64,000 nt of DNA, taken from assembly GCA_032718475.1 (NCBI GenBank), contig JAUCBJ010008799.1, positions 100,145-164,144 of the forward strand, written 5' to 3'. The notes below the pieces were generated by a model. That model ran no database searches and had not been told where the DNA came from. It saw only the letters and a program-made list of their open reading frames with translations. The translations under genes were made by a program, and so were the position numbers. This stretch comes from Nemertoderma westbladi. Lineage: Eukaryota; Animalia; Xenacoelomorpha. Shown here one piece after another: positions 45,901 through 60,300 of this stretch. Within the stretch, counting starts at the first letter, position 1; every line of letters begins with the position of its first letter.

Positions 45901-47397
45901 CTTGCTCGGCGTCCAGGACTGGGTGTGATTCCGGGGCTTGTCTACTGGGCACAGGTAATTTAGTACTGTGCAAAGGGAATTTAGAGTTAGGTTCTGGAAG
46001 TACAGGGGTCTCTATCAATGGAGTGGCTTTACTAATAGGCCTAATTATTTCGGGCTCATCTACTATAGTAGGGAGTCTTTCTACTCTAATAATTTGGTCT
46101 GTAGGTTCTTGATTACTTATGTCTACATTAGCTTGTTGCCTTCTCACCGCAGGAGGTAAATTAGGTAACTTCTGACGGTGTGGCACTCTTCTACGTCCGC
46201 TTGAACGAGATTTATTACCTCTACCCACGGGATCTGTTGTATCACCTTCATCAGAGGAGGTAAATCCCTGTCTTCTGGGAGTAGATCGACTCAATAGTTG
46301 CATCTGAGTAGCTGCCCTTTGTTTATTTAAGTAATCTTGTTTCGCCTGAAGATTCTCCAACTCTAGTTGGGTCGTCGCCTCAGATGTCCTCCGTTCTGCT
46401 TCTGCCACTGCCGCTGCTGCCTTTCTTTCAGATTCTGCTGCTGCCGCTGCCGCTGCCGCTTTCCTTTCAGATTCTGCCGCTGCCACTGCCGCTGCCGCTG
46501 CCGCTTTCCTTTCAGATTCTGCCACTGCCGCTGCCGCTTTCCTTTCAGCTTCTGCCACTGCCGCTGCTGCCTTTCTTTCAGATTCAGCTGCTGCCGCTGC
46601 CGCTGCCGCTTTCCTTTCAGATTCTGCCGCTGCCACTGCCGCTGCCGCTGCCGCTTTCCTTTCAGATTCTGCCACTGCCGCTGCCGCTTTCCTTTCAGCT
46701 TCTTCCGCCGCCGCTGCCGCCGCTGTTGCTAACTTTCGGTCTTCTATTTGCCTTTTCTTTACTTCTCCTTCTTGGTCCATAGCGATGAGGATGCTTTCAT
46801 CAAATTTAGCCTGTTCTGCAGCTAATATTTCCGCATCTAAAGAATCGAACACGAATTTGGCTCCCTCACTATTGGGATGAAGTCCAGCCTGCCATCTTCT
46901 GAGTTCTTTGTCACCTATAAATCATTGATAATCCGACAGATAGATGTCAATCGCATCCTTCTTCTGAGGTTTTTCGGATATCGCTTCACCTTCCACATGA
47001 GAAAAGGTGGCGTCTGTTGATTATCCGTGGGTCATGCGCTCAGTTAGCTGAACTTTCCATTGTGTCGTTCCCTGGACCTTAACACTCACTCGCTGGAACC
47101 AAGTCTTTACAGCCACTTGCAACGCCGTGTCTTGGCTTCTCTTCGAGGCCTCCTCAAAGGCTGAAAGTATTAATCTGATCCGTAAGATTAGTTCTCGCAC
47201 TTGATAAAGCAGCTCTCCCTGCTCTTGAGGTCCTAGTGATTGTTGAAATAGATGTTCTTCTAATCGTTCCAAGGAGTTGAAGAATCCTTGGACATATCCT
47301 GCTGCTGACCTCTTCCATACAGCTGGATCTCGAGTGTCCCTTACTATCCCCATTCGGTATAAGTCTTCCCAGGCAGCTTCCGATAAGTTAAACGGAT
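39981..47397 (-). mobile_element. Second BEL/Pao family (D): internal gag-pol fragment, truncated at both ends, many stops and frameshifts
   Basis: DUF1759-like gag (KFNGDEMKW), knuckles CYKCLRRGHQRRTC and CAKCGAKHHILLH, protease LLDSGS, RT YMDD, RNase H FGDAS...VPRAEL, integrase DLFGP...SDKGTNF. Confidence 0.92.
46390..46730 (-). repeat. Coding tandem repeat (AESERKAAAAA-type units) in gag of D
   Basis: GCC/GCT-rich units forming a higher-order duplication within ORF 45803-46852. Confidence 0.9.
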
Positions 47398-47955
47398 AAT
47401 ATCCATTAATATAACAACAATTAATAAAAGACCGTAAACAGAAGTAAAATAATGCGGTGAACAGTCAGTATGTGTTACTTATGTAGTTATGAAATGTGCA
47501 ACGTAATGCATTGCATTTAGCCAGTTAATAGATTTACGTTCTTATAATCAAGGCCATCTGATGTCCCTAGGCCAAAGTCTGAAACTTCTACACAGAAGCA
47601 CAGAAAATTCTGAGTTATTTCTGATGCTCAGAAAATAGTAAACAAAGACCGTAATGCATTGCGCGAGTTTCCATAGGTTTCTGTTAGACATAAAGTGAAA
47701 ATTGCTCTGATTGGCTGAATAAGGCAGAACAAAGAACCTCCACGTTCACAAAGAATCAGCTGACAGATTTCGTCATCTTGATTCTAATTCCTTCCCGTCG
47801 CGTAGTTGAATAAATTTAGGGCTATTTTAGAGTATTCTGCGCATCGCGTAAAATGACTTGTTATGTCCGCAAAAGCTTTTACAGTACCCGGTGTTATTTT
47901 TTTGTGCTCTTTCTATTTTCGACTGTGTTCGTTTGTGTTCGGCAGTTTTGAATTG
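47398..47955. repeat. 558-bp direct repeat, right copy
   Basis: Matches 39423-39980. Confidence 0.95.
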
Positions 47956-48419
47956 TGTTCGGGTGTGTTCGTGTGGGTTCGCTTGTGTTCTGTAAAAATA
48001 ACTATCCCTATTTTCACTTGCAGTCAATGTGCGCCACTATCTGATTTTGAGAATGAGAAATAGTTTTGAATGCAATGTTTTTTTCGCCCTAAATTTTACT
48101 TTATAGCCTATATAGTTGTTACAATGAAGTGCGTGGTTTTTTTAGAAATCCGCCATCTATCCATGGCAGTATTCATTAATACTACTTTCAACCAGGTTGT
48201 ACACTGGTGGTATGCTGATATAGGATGACCTATTTGCTGATTCAAGATTGATACAATTTATTAGAGTCCAATAAAAGTTCATTAGAGTAAAATAAAAGTT
48301 TATTCGAATAAGATTAAGTGAAATAGGAAATAAACATAATAAACTAAATACATCATGATCAACCCACGTAACTAAGATCCATATATCATTATGAATTAAA
48401 GAAGAAAATAATAAAAATA

Positions 48420-49341
48420 GTGCATGTAGAGCACTGAATCACCTACTGGATTTGTGCCCCCACAACTCCCTATCACTCATGACATTTGCTAGATTATCGT
48501 AAGGCCGGTGTCCTTTAAGATGCGTCTCAAGAAAGTCATTGGCTGTCCACCATGCTTATTCACTCCATGAGGCTGCCAAAGCACAATATTATGCACTGGC
48601 TGGTCCTTACGGCGAAAGCAATGTCCTGCAAAGCGGAGGCGGCTTTGTTCTAGTATCAAGCTTGGGAGAACCAATGAGACACCTCCAATGTTATACACTG
48701 TCTGGTTGGAAATGTGTGCATTATACTTGACACAATAAACCCGGCGTAGCATTCTTGTGAATGTGTCATCCAGAGATTTGGTGTCCTCAGCAGTTAGAGC
48801 CCAGCATGGACTCCCATGGAGGAGTACAGGAACTACTGCTGCTCTAAATAATCGGACCTTAAGTTTCCGATTACTTCTATGTGACTTCCAAATCCTGGAA
48901 AACCTATTCTAGGCTGTCCATGCCTTTCCATTACGTATTCGAAGGTCCTCGCCTGACTTACGGATCCATGATCCCAGGTAACAGAAGTCGTCCACATGCT
49001 CAAGCATACCATCACTTGAGTTTATGCTCATCCGATCAGAGAATTGCTGAGGACTTTCAAAGTTAACTGTCAAAATTGTGGTCTTTTTGGAGTTAATAAA
49101 AAGACCAACACTAGAAGCAGCATGTTCTAATGAGCTGAGGAGCCGTTGGGCTCCCTCTAGTGATTCTGAGAGTACTCCTAAGTCATCAGCAAAGTCTAGA
49201 TCAGTTAGGTACTTGGCAGGATTTCCTCGAATTCTGGAGCCAGTAGGTGGAGTTACTGTCACCCCATCATCATTATGATGATCTAAGGACATGCGTAGAA
49301 CATAGTCAACAACAATTATGAACAAGAATGGCGCAAGTGTG
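48420..49341 (-). mobile_element. Decayed RTE LINE, 3' part (interrupted by copy C)
   Basis: LAPFLFIIVVDYVLR, DLDFADDL, YLGSWI, RLRFAGHCFR. Continues from 62954-63583. Confidence 0.88.
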
Positions 49342-49913
49342 TGTGACGGGATCCGAGAATCCCAACCGGTTGTTTTATTTACGCGTCCCCGCCATGTGTG
49401 AAAAGAGTTTGTTGTTGGATTGAGAGTTCTGATGTTGTTGATCGATATGTATAAATATAATAATAGAGTAAAGCATAGACACAGTTAATGGATTGTAGGA
49501 TGTAAAAATACCGGTAAAACAATTGGTGATGGTGGCGGCAACGGTAATAAAAGTTACCGTTCTGCCCTAACTGAACTGACTAAGCTAAGTGAATGAATGA
49601 GAAACGTCAATAGGTAATATACTGCTCTAGGTTGGCCGTATTACTCAGCGGATGCCTGCCCCCCATTGGCTAGTAACCTAATTCTCGCCTCCCATCTCTC
49701 TGGGAGTGTTTTCCCCCGCTACTGTCACTCTCTCTCTCTCCCGGAGGTGTAACCTCTGACCCCCATTGTGTGTGGCCCTTTGGGGTTTGTCGTCCCCGTT
49801 TATTGGGGGTGACACAAGGTTGATTGGCAATCAACCTCGTACTCCCCAATATTGCTTAAAGGCACCGCTTTCCCAACTTTATGGGGTGGTTAGCGGAATT
49901 GAATTCGCTAACA
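49342..49913 (-). repeat. 3' LTR of copy C (572 bp)
   Basis: TGTTAGC...GTCACA on the - strand. AATAAA at 49374-49379. Confidence 0.93.
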
Positions 49914-50613
49914 CTCCCCCCCATGCTATCTTCCCGGTGAGAAGATAGCATCAACCTCTAGTGCGCTACAATTCCCCTGGATCCCGATTTACTATCGGGT
50001 GTGGGGTGGAGTTATTTTTCTCGGAGCCGGCTTTCCAGGCCGCTCCCTATGGGTATGATATCGCTACCCTGTCTTGGTGCAACTTTATCTATCTTGCACC
50101 AAGACATCTGGCGTCCCGTGTCGGGCCGATTGTGGGTTTCTCTCACACAATTTTTGTTTCCCCAACACTCTCACCACTCTAACTCGGCTCTAACTGACTC
50201 TAAGCTCTCTTTCACCCTATCTCTCGGACCTCCTTGTCCCTCGCTTTGCCTCTTGCTTCTCCCCCCCCCCCCCACACTTGAATTGCACCCGCACTCTCTC
50301 CGCGCTATTACTCAACCCCTATCTCAACCCACTCACTCCTGACGAGTCTCACCCCCCCTCCTGTGCCGTCGCACTCAAGAAGTGTGAAGTTGTCCAATGT
50401 CTCGTCTGTCATAGTCAATTGGTCCCCAGTCCCAGTAGCTAATTGGAAAAGGTTATATGACTATAGTACTTACTTTGATTATATTTGCTTATTTTAACTA
50501 AACTAACGATTATTACATACGTACATACTAATTGCACTTTTAATTATTTAAATTTTGCACTTAGGAGTTAGTACTTCTCATGTGGTGCCTTCCAGGCATC
50601 CCACATTCAAGTT

Positions 50614-53138
50614 CTAGTTCGTTCCACCTGACTTTGGGAACCATCTCAACTCCTTCCCTCTGTCGTCCTCCTCCCTTGGTCGTTTCCTGGCCGCTGCCGC
50701 TCCCTTGGCCTTATCTCCCTTCAGACTCCTGACCCTCGCCGTCACCTCTCTACTAATCCCCGTCGTCGACTGCTTGGGCGCTGGTGTTATCAGCTCCCGG
50801 TATCGCTTCGCTGGTGGCCCTTCCGAATGGCCCTGTTGTTTCCCCCTAGTGACGTCCCATAGGATCACTTTCATCGCCCACGGCACATGTTCCGCCAAGA
50901 AATATCTGAACTCTCCTCGGTTCTGTGGCGTCCACCTGTCCAAATACCTCTGCGTATTTATCACCCCGGCATACAACGCCCTGACGACGAGTGGGCCTCC
51001 TGGTTAATATTAAAGAAGCCCCACCGGAACTCCTGGGCCTTCATACGCTGCCGTGTCATGGCGCCGACGTCGGCCCACTCCTCGAAGATCCTAAACTTCT
51101 CTTCGTCGTCCATCCAGTCGCACTGGCGTCCGTAGTGCCCCTGGAAGTTGCACTTCGAACACCGGTTGTGCAACCGTGGACACACCCCCATCCTGTGGCT
51201 CGACTCGCGGCAGTAAAGACAACTAGTCCCTTTCTGGAATCGGTACAAACAGCTCCTTTCCTGGTGGGTTTGCCTCCCGCAGTAATCACAGCCGAGCACC
51301 AATGTCTCCTGCCCCACGTCGTCTTTCGTCCCAAGCGATCTCCGCGGTCTGTGGAGTCGCTGGTAAGCGAACTTTTGGACATTGGCGTCCCTGTCCACAT
51401 CTATCTCCTCGCCCCTCCCGGGCATCGTCTCTCCGAATACTACCCGTGGTGCCGTTCCCGGTTGCTCGCCCAACCTGATGGTGCTCCCCGCGAAATCCAT
51501 CGCCGGCTCCTCATGCACCCAGACCCGCTTGCTGGGTCTATCCCAGAAGGCTCTCGCCCCACTGGCCGTCACCATCCTCCCGCCAACCCAGTCCGTGTCC
51601 GAGTGGCCGATCCTCCCGATGGGTGGCATCTCTCCGAACTCGTCGTCATCCTCGTCCTCCTCTGGGAGTGGCTCCAACCCCGGTATCCCGGTGGACCCAC
51701 TGTGTCCCTTCCCACCTTGGCTCTCGCCCGTGATTCTCCATCCTTCCAGCTCCCCTGGCCTCCTCAGTGTATAATCGCCCTCGGCGCCCGCTGGTATGGG
51801 CGTCGTCTGCAATCCCGATGTCGACTGCTTCGGTGATCCCACCGTCCACCCTAATTCTCGCCCTAGAGACTCGCCCGAACTCCCTGATGATGTCCAACGA
51901 AGTTCGTCTAAGGCCGCCTGTTCCTCGAACCCGTAGCTTTCCCTTCTTGTTTCCTCCTCCCTTTCTTCTGCCTCCCTCCTTTCTCGCCTAGCGATTACTT
52001 CCAATCGCTTCGCCTCTCATCTATCCGCCTCTAGCTGCTCCCACCTCTGTTATGGCGTATCCACCTCCCCGTCTACTAGATATCGGCAATTATAGTATAC
52101 CGACTCGCCCTTCAGCCCCGGGTGATCTACCAGACCCTCGAAAGCCACTTTGAAGGCTCTTCTGTAGTTCAGGGGTGATCCCGATAGCAGGAATGCCGTT
52201 GGTTCTCTCTCAATAACCACAGTCATGAATAGGTTTAGCAAACCTATCATTATCCAGTCCTCCTGCAGGATATATTGCTTCTGATATACCTTTATCGCTC
52301 CTCTCCGGAATTGATACACCTCTTGCTTCCCCGGTCTCGCTCCCCACTTCAGCGAGTTTGCCAACTCCGCTCCGTACTCCTCTCTGAATTTACTCCAGTC
52401 CATTGGTTTGTGACATACGAGCCCCATTAGCTGGCCCATCGCCACCACTCCACAATGGCCTGCGTTCTCTACTAGCCCCAACCCGTCTGGCGCTGTCATA
52501 GCCATGTAGACCATCTGCATGTCCAGGAGGTTGGGGATCTCCGGACCGATGATCCTCTCTGCATCGTCGTGGATCGCCGATCCCACCTTTATCGTCGACT
52601 TCTCTCTTACTAGGGTTTGCACTGCCTTTGGCAACCGGTTCAACTTTGGCCCGTTCTTCTTCCCATACGTTCCCAGGTCGAACAGGAATATATCCCCATT
52701 TGGCGCGGCCAAATGCAGGAGTATGGTTCTGGCCGACCCCGCCGACCCTCTTCTCGAACCTCCCTCGTCTTCCACGGTCCCCTCATCGTCTAAGACCATG
52801 TATCCTCCCCTGCTGACGGACTCTACGAACCTCTTCCAGTCCTTTCTCGGTGGTTCCTTTGGATACTTCGGTATCCCAAACTTCGCCTCGTCTCCCTTCA
52901 CCACATAGTGGAATTGCTCGAAGATCGCGTTGTCTAGTGATGGTGTCCCGTAGGTCCCGACCAGCCGCTGTTCGTGCACCTCCCTGAAATGGTCCTGCAG
53001 CGCTCGCGCTTTGTGACCCCTCTCTAACCGCTCGTAGTATCCCCTCGTCTTCTCTTCCGGATGCCTTTCGGTGAAATCCACCAGTATCTCCTTTCCTCCC
53101 AACTCCGCATTTCTCTTTCGGACAAGTTTCTCCGCCAT
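50614..53138 (-). pseudogene. DEDDy exonuclease/zinc-knuckle accessory ORF of copy C (premature stops, small deletion)
   Basis: ORFs 52050-53249, 50961-52004 and 50614-50976 are homologous to those in A and B. Confidence 0.85.
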
Positions 53139-53659
53139 TTCGAACTCTCCCAATCGCTCACCCGTAAGGTGGTGCCTTGCCAAGGCGCAATACAGATGAG
53201 TGATAAAGTTAGGATGGTCTGTGCAGTTCGATAATGGCCTATCTCTCACTGAATCTTAGGTTATCGCCTAATTTTCCTACCTAATTTTCTAAACGTGCCA
53301 AATTGTACTAAATTTCGTAATTCTGTCCGTTACTTTAATTACGTTCCAGAATATTTCTCCTACTGTTACCATAATTTGTCTAATTTCTAATTTTATTTTA
53401 TTTTAATATTTAATTTAATCCTACTACTGTGCTATCAGTATTCCGCCAATGGATTATTCTATTTTATAATCCACATTCTGGCCTACTCTGTGGGCTTGTG
53501 CAGTACAACAGTATGCGTCGCGTGGCCTACACGATTTATCCAGCTGTACCCACGTGCCCCCCTCTCGCTACTCACTACTAGCTCTACTAACTTCCTAACT
53601 AATCTCTACTAACTCTCACTATATTTTATATTATACATACCCTCCTACCACTAACTCTT

Positions 53660-54170
53660 ACTGCTAATGGTACTATACGTACCGTTTTACTAACTTCTCT
53701 ACTAACTCCTACTACCAGTACTACGTACCCTCTTACTAACTTCTAACTCCACTAACTCTTATTAACCGGTACTACGTACCCTCTTACTAACTTCTAACTC
53801 CACTAACTCTTACTAACCGGTACTACGTACCCTCTTACTAACTTCTAACTTCACTAACTCTTACTAACCGGTACTACGTACCCTCTTACTAACTTCTAAC
53901 TCCACTAACTCTTACTAACCGGTACTATGTACCCTCTTACTAACTTCTAACTCCACTAACTTTTACTAACCGGTACTATGTACCCTCTTACTACTAACTA
54001 ACTCTCCCAACTAACGGTACTACGTACCCTCTTACTACTAACTAACTAACGGTACTACGTACCCTCTTACTACTAACTAACTCTCCCAACTAACGGTACT
54101 ATGAACCCTCTTACTACTAACCAACTCTCCAACTAATGGTACTACGTACCCTCTTACTACTAACTCTTAC
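53660..54170. repeat. Tandem hairpin array in copy C (~11 units of 36-51 bp)
   Basis: Core GGTACTACGTACCCTCTT with TACTAAC-rich spacers. Confidence 0.92.
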
Positions 54171-54328
54171 TAACTTCTATCTGCCTACTTACTTACTACG
54201 TACCTACTACGTACTATTACTCTCTCTTTCTCTTTCTTTATTTATTTATTTTTTTTATATTTGTGTGTGGGAAGGGCGTCTCGCCCTCAATCCCACCCCC
54301 CTCAGTCCAAAACTTGGACGACTAAACT

Positions 54329-57300
54329 CTACGGTGCGCCCTCTAGAAAGCAGCACTTCCCTACAGCCCTCCTGTAGGTCCTCCTATCTTTCGCTCCTAT
54401 CTTACCACCTATCCGCACTTCTACCGATCGGACTCTTCCATCCTCATTGGAGTAAGTGCCCACAACTCTCGCCAATCTCCATTGGTTGTTGATGATGGTA
54501 TCGTCCGTGACGATCACCAGATCACCCTCCTTCAACTCCCTATTTGTATTTCTCCACTTGCTTCTCCTGTGAAGTGTGGGTAGATATTCCTCGACCCACC
54601 TCCTCCAGTATTCCGCGCTTATCGCCTTGGCGACTTTCCAACTCTGTCGGGAGTGTATATTGTCTGGGTCTACACCCCGCATGTCAATGGTCGCCGGCCT
54701 CTCCATTAGAAAGTGACTGGGTGTCAGCAAATCTAATGACTCTGGGTCATCATTTTCTGGATATAGCGGTCTGCCATTAATGACACCCTCGCACTTCGCT
54801 AGTACTGTCCTTAGCACGTCTTCGGTTACCATGTGGGTGTTCATCAACTTCGTCATTAGACGCTTTGAACTACCCATGAGTCTCTCGACGCATCCTAGAG
54901 TATGCGGAGCATACGGCGTCCTCCTCTCCCACTTCACCTGTCATCTTCTCATGGCTGCCCTGACTTCCTCCCCTTCCATGATGTCCAAGGCATCTGCCAG
55001 CTCGTTCTCTGCCCCCACAAAGTTGGTTCCGTTGTCGGAGTATATTACTGCGATCGTCCCACCTTTGCGGTCTCTGAACCTTTCTAGGGCATTGATGAAT
55101 GCCGATGCGGTTGCATCTTGGGCGAGTTCTATCCCTACCGCCCGCGTGTTGTTACATACGAAGATAATGCCGTAGCGCTTCTCCGTGTGTCGCATCACCT
55201 TAATCTTTATCGGCCCGAACATATCCACACCGCAGTGCGTGAATGGCGGGTCATGCTGTCTCACCCTACTGGCCGGTAGTGGCGCCATCTCCTGTATGGC
55301 TCGCTCCTTCTTCGTTCGTCGGCAGCTCTGGCACTGCCCCACTACCGCCTTTACCTTCTTTCTTAACTGTTTGACCCAAAAGGTCCTTCGTATCTCCGTG
55401 AGGGTTCGGTTGGTGCCCCTGTGCAATATCGACTTGTGGGAGTCCCAGACGATCTGGTGGACTATCGGCGATCCATTAGGGATGATGATGGGCTTTGGTG
55501 GAATGATGATACTGTTGTTGTTCAACACCCTAGAGTTCATTACTAAGATTCCATCATCATTGAGTTGTGGCGACAGCGCGATCAGCTCACTGTCCCGTCG
55601 GAGATGCTGTTGTTTACCGACGCGTTCCACCTCGTCGCCGTAATTCTTTCTCTGTTCGTAGCGGATGACGGACTTGGCCGCTCCCTCCAGATCGATGGTT
55701 GTTTTATTTTTTATGTCTTTGCCGACTCCCTTGAGGAAATCCCCGAAGCCTCTCAAGTACGCCACTAAATTCTTGGTCTTGTACCAACTTGAGCTGTAGC
55801 TAAGGAGTTTTTCCATCGGGTTATCGCACAGTTCTTCCAGTTTTGGTTGCACGTTCCTTATCTCCCTCACCATCTGGCTATATATCTCTTCACCCTCTGA
55901 ATCTCCTCCCTCTTCCTCTCTGCCGCTCCATATGCCTCCAATGACGCATCGGAGAACATGTGTAGATCCAGATTCGTCATGTCCCCATTCGGGAAATACA
56001 CCCTTGGCATGCTGTATGTCCCCATCTGTTCTAAACTCTCTGTCCACTTACTCCATTGCTTGCTGATCTCTTCCGGGACCTCTGTATCCCATTCCTCCTT
56101 TAGTTTGTATACTTTCTTAAGTATCTGTTTCCCTGTGACTAGTAATGGGGATGCTAGGCCTAGGGGGTCGTATATCCTTGCTATGTACGACACATAGCCC
56201 CTCTTTGTCTGGATGTCTGCGCCCTCTTGGCTCAATTGGTACTTCAGTTCGTCTGTCTCTCAGTTCCACACGATCCCTAGTGCCTTCTGTTGGGACTCTA
56301 TCCTCTTGTTCGCCATGTCCTGTCCCTTGGCTGTCGTGGGATTATCCATGGTCGATTCTGGCCTCCTGTCTTCTATGGCTTTGATAAATTCTTCCGAACT
56401 GGATTGGAACTTGGTCAGGTTAAAGCCGGATCCTTTAAGGATGTCGCGAACCTCGCGCCCTTTATCCAGTAGTTCCTTAACCGTGTTTCCTGACTCCATG
56501 CCGTCGTCTACATAGAAGCCGCGTCGAATCATATCGACGGCTTTGGCGCTGTATCTCTCTTCTTTCCCTTCTACTGTGTCTCTTACGGCCACAGTCATCG
56601 TAAATGAAGACGACTTGGCTCCCATATTCTGCACCACCATCTTGTACATCGGTATTGTCGACGGTTCCTCGTCGCCGTTGTACCATAGGAAGCGCTGACT
56701 GTCGCTATCCTCTTCCGTTACACGGACTTGGTTGAACATGCCTTCGATGTCGCAGGTGAAGGCGTGCTTCCCGTTCCTGAATCTAAGTAGGACCTCGATC
56801 CCTGAGTTATAGATATTGGGACCCTCCAGCAGATAATCGTTTAGGCATTTGCCGTCGGTCTTGGCCGATGCGTCAACTACCATCCGCAGTTTACCTTTCT
56901 TCGGATCTAGAGCCACGTGGAGTGGCAGGTAATAGGTCCTGTCCGTGTTCGGTTCATCGACCGGTAACTCCACGGCCCATCCTTTCTCGACATACTTCCT
57001 AATCGTCTTATGATAGTACTCATTCTTTTCGGGGCTCCGTTTTAGCGTTTGCTTCAACTTACGAAGCCTCGTGAGTACCATTCCTTTGTTGTTGGGTAGC
57101 GGTAATTTTGGCTGTTTCCATACCATCCCTATGGTATACCGCCCCTCGTCGCATGTCATCGATTCCTTTACGCTTTGTAAAGCCTGTTTATCTTCCACCG
57201 AGGTTCTGACCCCGGTCTCTTTCAATCCCTCAAAATCCTGCCTGAGCAGTCTCCTGAGCTGCTCCTCCGCTCCCTCATCTCCCATCTCTCGCATAGTTCC

Positions 57301-60300
57301 CGCGAACATGCACCCTGATGTCTCCGACATCCTACACGGTATTTTGCTTCTAATTGGGCCGCTCAGCGTCCACCCGAATAGTGTTAAAATCGCCACCGGG
57401 TCACACTGCCTGTCTTCGCCGAAGACCGTTTGCATTCTCTCGTGGGCCGTCGGGCAGTCCATTCCTACTATAATGGATACCTTCCTAACGTCCACCTCTG
57501 GGATTGAGAAGTCGATACTGTCCAGGAATTTATATTGTTCGACCTCGATGTTGGTTGGTCGCCTGGCGTTGATATTTATCGACTCTATCACCTGGATGGG
57601 GTCGATGGTCGCCCCATAGTCGCATCCCGGTGCTATCGCTGCTATCCCGCACCGTCCGGTCCTCATCTCCAGGACCTCATCTTTGCTGGAGATGGTTGTT
57701 ACCGCCATTCTACTTGGCCTCGTTTTCAATCCTATCTCTTCGGCCACCCAATTCTCGACCAATGTGAAGGCTGCTCCACTGTCGACCAGCATCAGCGTGG
57801 TTACTGATCGGTCGCCTTCTCCGATCACCCTCACCGGTACTACCCCGAGTAGTACTGTTCCTCTCTTCTTCGCCCCTACGGTGCTTGTCGCCATCGTCTG
57901 TCCTTTGCTTTGACCGAACTTGATTGGTGTTTCCTTGCATTGGTTAGCTCTGTGTCCACTCATCACACATCGAGAACAAATTTCATTTCTCCTCGCGTAT
58001 TCTACCTGATCTTCCCTGGGTAGCGCTTGCCAATACCTGGAGTTCATGGTCTGATGAAGTGCATTTGTATGTAATTGGCATTTGTTCTTTGGGTTGTAGC
58101 CATCCTTATACAGTGCGCTGCATATCGCACTTGCGTTCGTACCAAAGTCCCTACTGTTCTTATTGTTTAGGTTCGGCCTACTGGGCGTGCTGGGGTTATG
58201 CTTATTCGTGTTGTTATTTTTCCCCTGTCCGCTCCATGATGTGGTCTTACCCCCGGCTACATGTGGACTAGCAGTCCCCTGCGTCGCCGCGTACGGCAGT
58301 GATTGTCTGAGCTTTGGCAATGTGTTTGCCGCGTTATGTTCTGGTTTCGACCTGTGGTATTCGGTCTTTGGTCCCTTTCCCAGGCTATCCTCGCTATAGA
58401 CTGGGTCCGTTATTAGTTCGGCTTCATAGTTTAAGAAGCTCGACATTTCTTCTAAGCCCGGTTCCGCACCCTTCTTGTCTCGAGTGGAGAAAGCAATCTT
58501 CCTCCACTTGTTGCGCAGCCACATCGGCAGTGCCTGCGCTATCGTGGTGATGTTATTAGACGCGTTGAGTTCGTATGGTGAGTCCAGCGTCTTATCAGCA
58601 CGATTAGCGCCTTCTCAACTTTGTTCGCGAATGTCTTTATGCTAACGGGGTTATCCTGTAGGCCACCCAATGTTATACCTCTCAGGGTCTGCCGGATGAT
58701 CTTGGCTGGGTGCCCGTACTCCCTGTCTAGTGCCCACCATGCTGTCGTGAAGCCGCCCTCGATGCCCTGGTATTGCCTCACGATGTCGTATGCTGGGCCT
58801 CCTGTATACACTTGCAGATATTTTAGGCACTCCGCTTGTGTCAAATTCTTCATTAGTATTTCATTACTATACATGCGCCGAAACTGCAGATACTCCTCCG
58901 GCCTACTTCCATCGAATTTAAATGGTTCTACAGGTGGTAACTCGATCCTGGTTTTTAATGCATCGATTAGTGTAGCCATTCCCATCGCTTGTGCTTCCAA
59001 TGGGTTCGATGGATGCTGTATAGATTCTCCCGTTGGGTGCGGTCCGTTCGTCCTATCTGCTGCCTTTCTTTGACTTGGATATATCATTGGGGGTAGCGGC
59101 CCCCTCCATATTTCGGTGTCGCACGATCTGTTTTCGTCCAAGGGGTTCGATGTTCTTATTCCTATTGGGGTATATTGTTGATATTGTGATGGGGGAATGT
59201 TTTCATCACTACACTGCATGATTATTGTCATCCCTTTTTGGCTCATATCGCATTTAGTGACATGCCTGATTTAGGAAATAAATAAACGGAAGGTTTTATA
59301 ATAAAGAATATTTATTTTAGAGGCCATTGGCAATTAACGTTTACATGCTCAGGTGATGAAATTACGCCAAGCGCGCCAGCACAGTAGAATACGGGCTGAC
59401 GGGCGTTAGTATTACAGCCGCCAAATGAAGGTTTTACCGGCAAAGCCTCATAAAATAACCAAAAGCGACCCAAACCGCTTTCCCACTGTTTAGCCGGGAC
59501 AGTTTTGTCCCCCCACCAGTATGTTTGATACTGGGGTTGATGTTAATATATTGGGGCCCATGCACCTATCCGCATTAACTCTCCCCTCCCCTGGATATAT
59601 GTTATGTCCTTGCATGCTGTAGTCATACTGCTGTGCTGGTACCGGTATAGGCCTATCCACTTCTGGCCTACCTGCCGGTATGTACTCGCGACTTCCGGGT
59701 TTAATCCCGTCGTCTGCGCTATCCTGTCACCTACATTATCTCTTCCAGCGTGGCCTATGGTATGTGCAGTAAGGCCTACAGTATGTCCTGTAGTCTGTAT
59801 GTGTCGCTCGGGATCGAAGTTTAACCTTCTCGAATAATCCTCCCCGCGGCTACCGTGTTCTCGATCGGCAGGTGTTTCCCGTCGGGAAGTTTCTCTTCGA
59901 TCCCCTCTTCTGCTCTCGTCCTCGTACCGGTACATCCTGTACCTCTCTCTCGGCGCGTAGTACGCCTCGTCAGGTCACGTCTCCCCGGGACGACGGCAAT
60001 CTCCCGGAGTTCGACCCCACTGACTCTCCGTCTCCATCTCTACTACCGATGGCTCGCTATCCATCCTCGCTCTCCTGTCGTTCGCGACGACACTTCTTCT
60101 ACTCTCTTCCCTTCTTCTCTCTGCAGTGCAGTATCCCCGTTCGTGAGATCTCTCGTCGACCTCCCGGTTAAACTCCACTGTTCTTCTTCCCTCTTCTGAT
60201 TTGGCTCGACGTCTCGTCGCTCGCCCTCTCGCGACGTCAACCTGCCTCTCTCTGCTCGATCGCACACCGCTGGGGATACTCGTAATCCCCCTACTATTCT

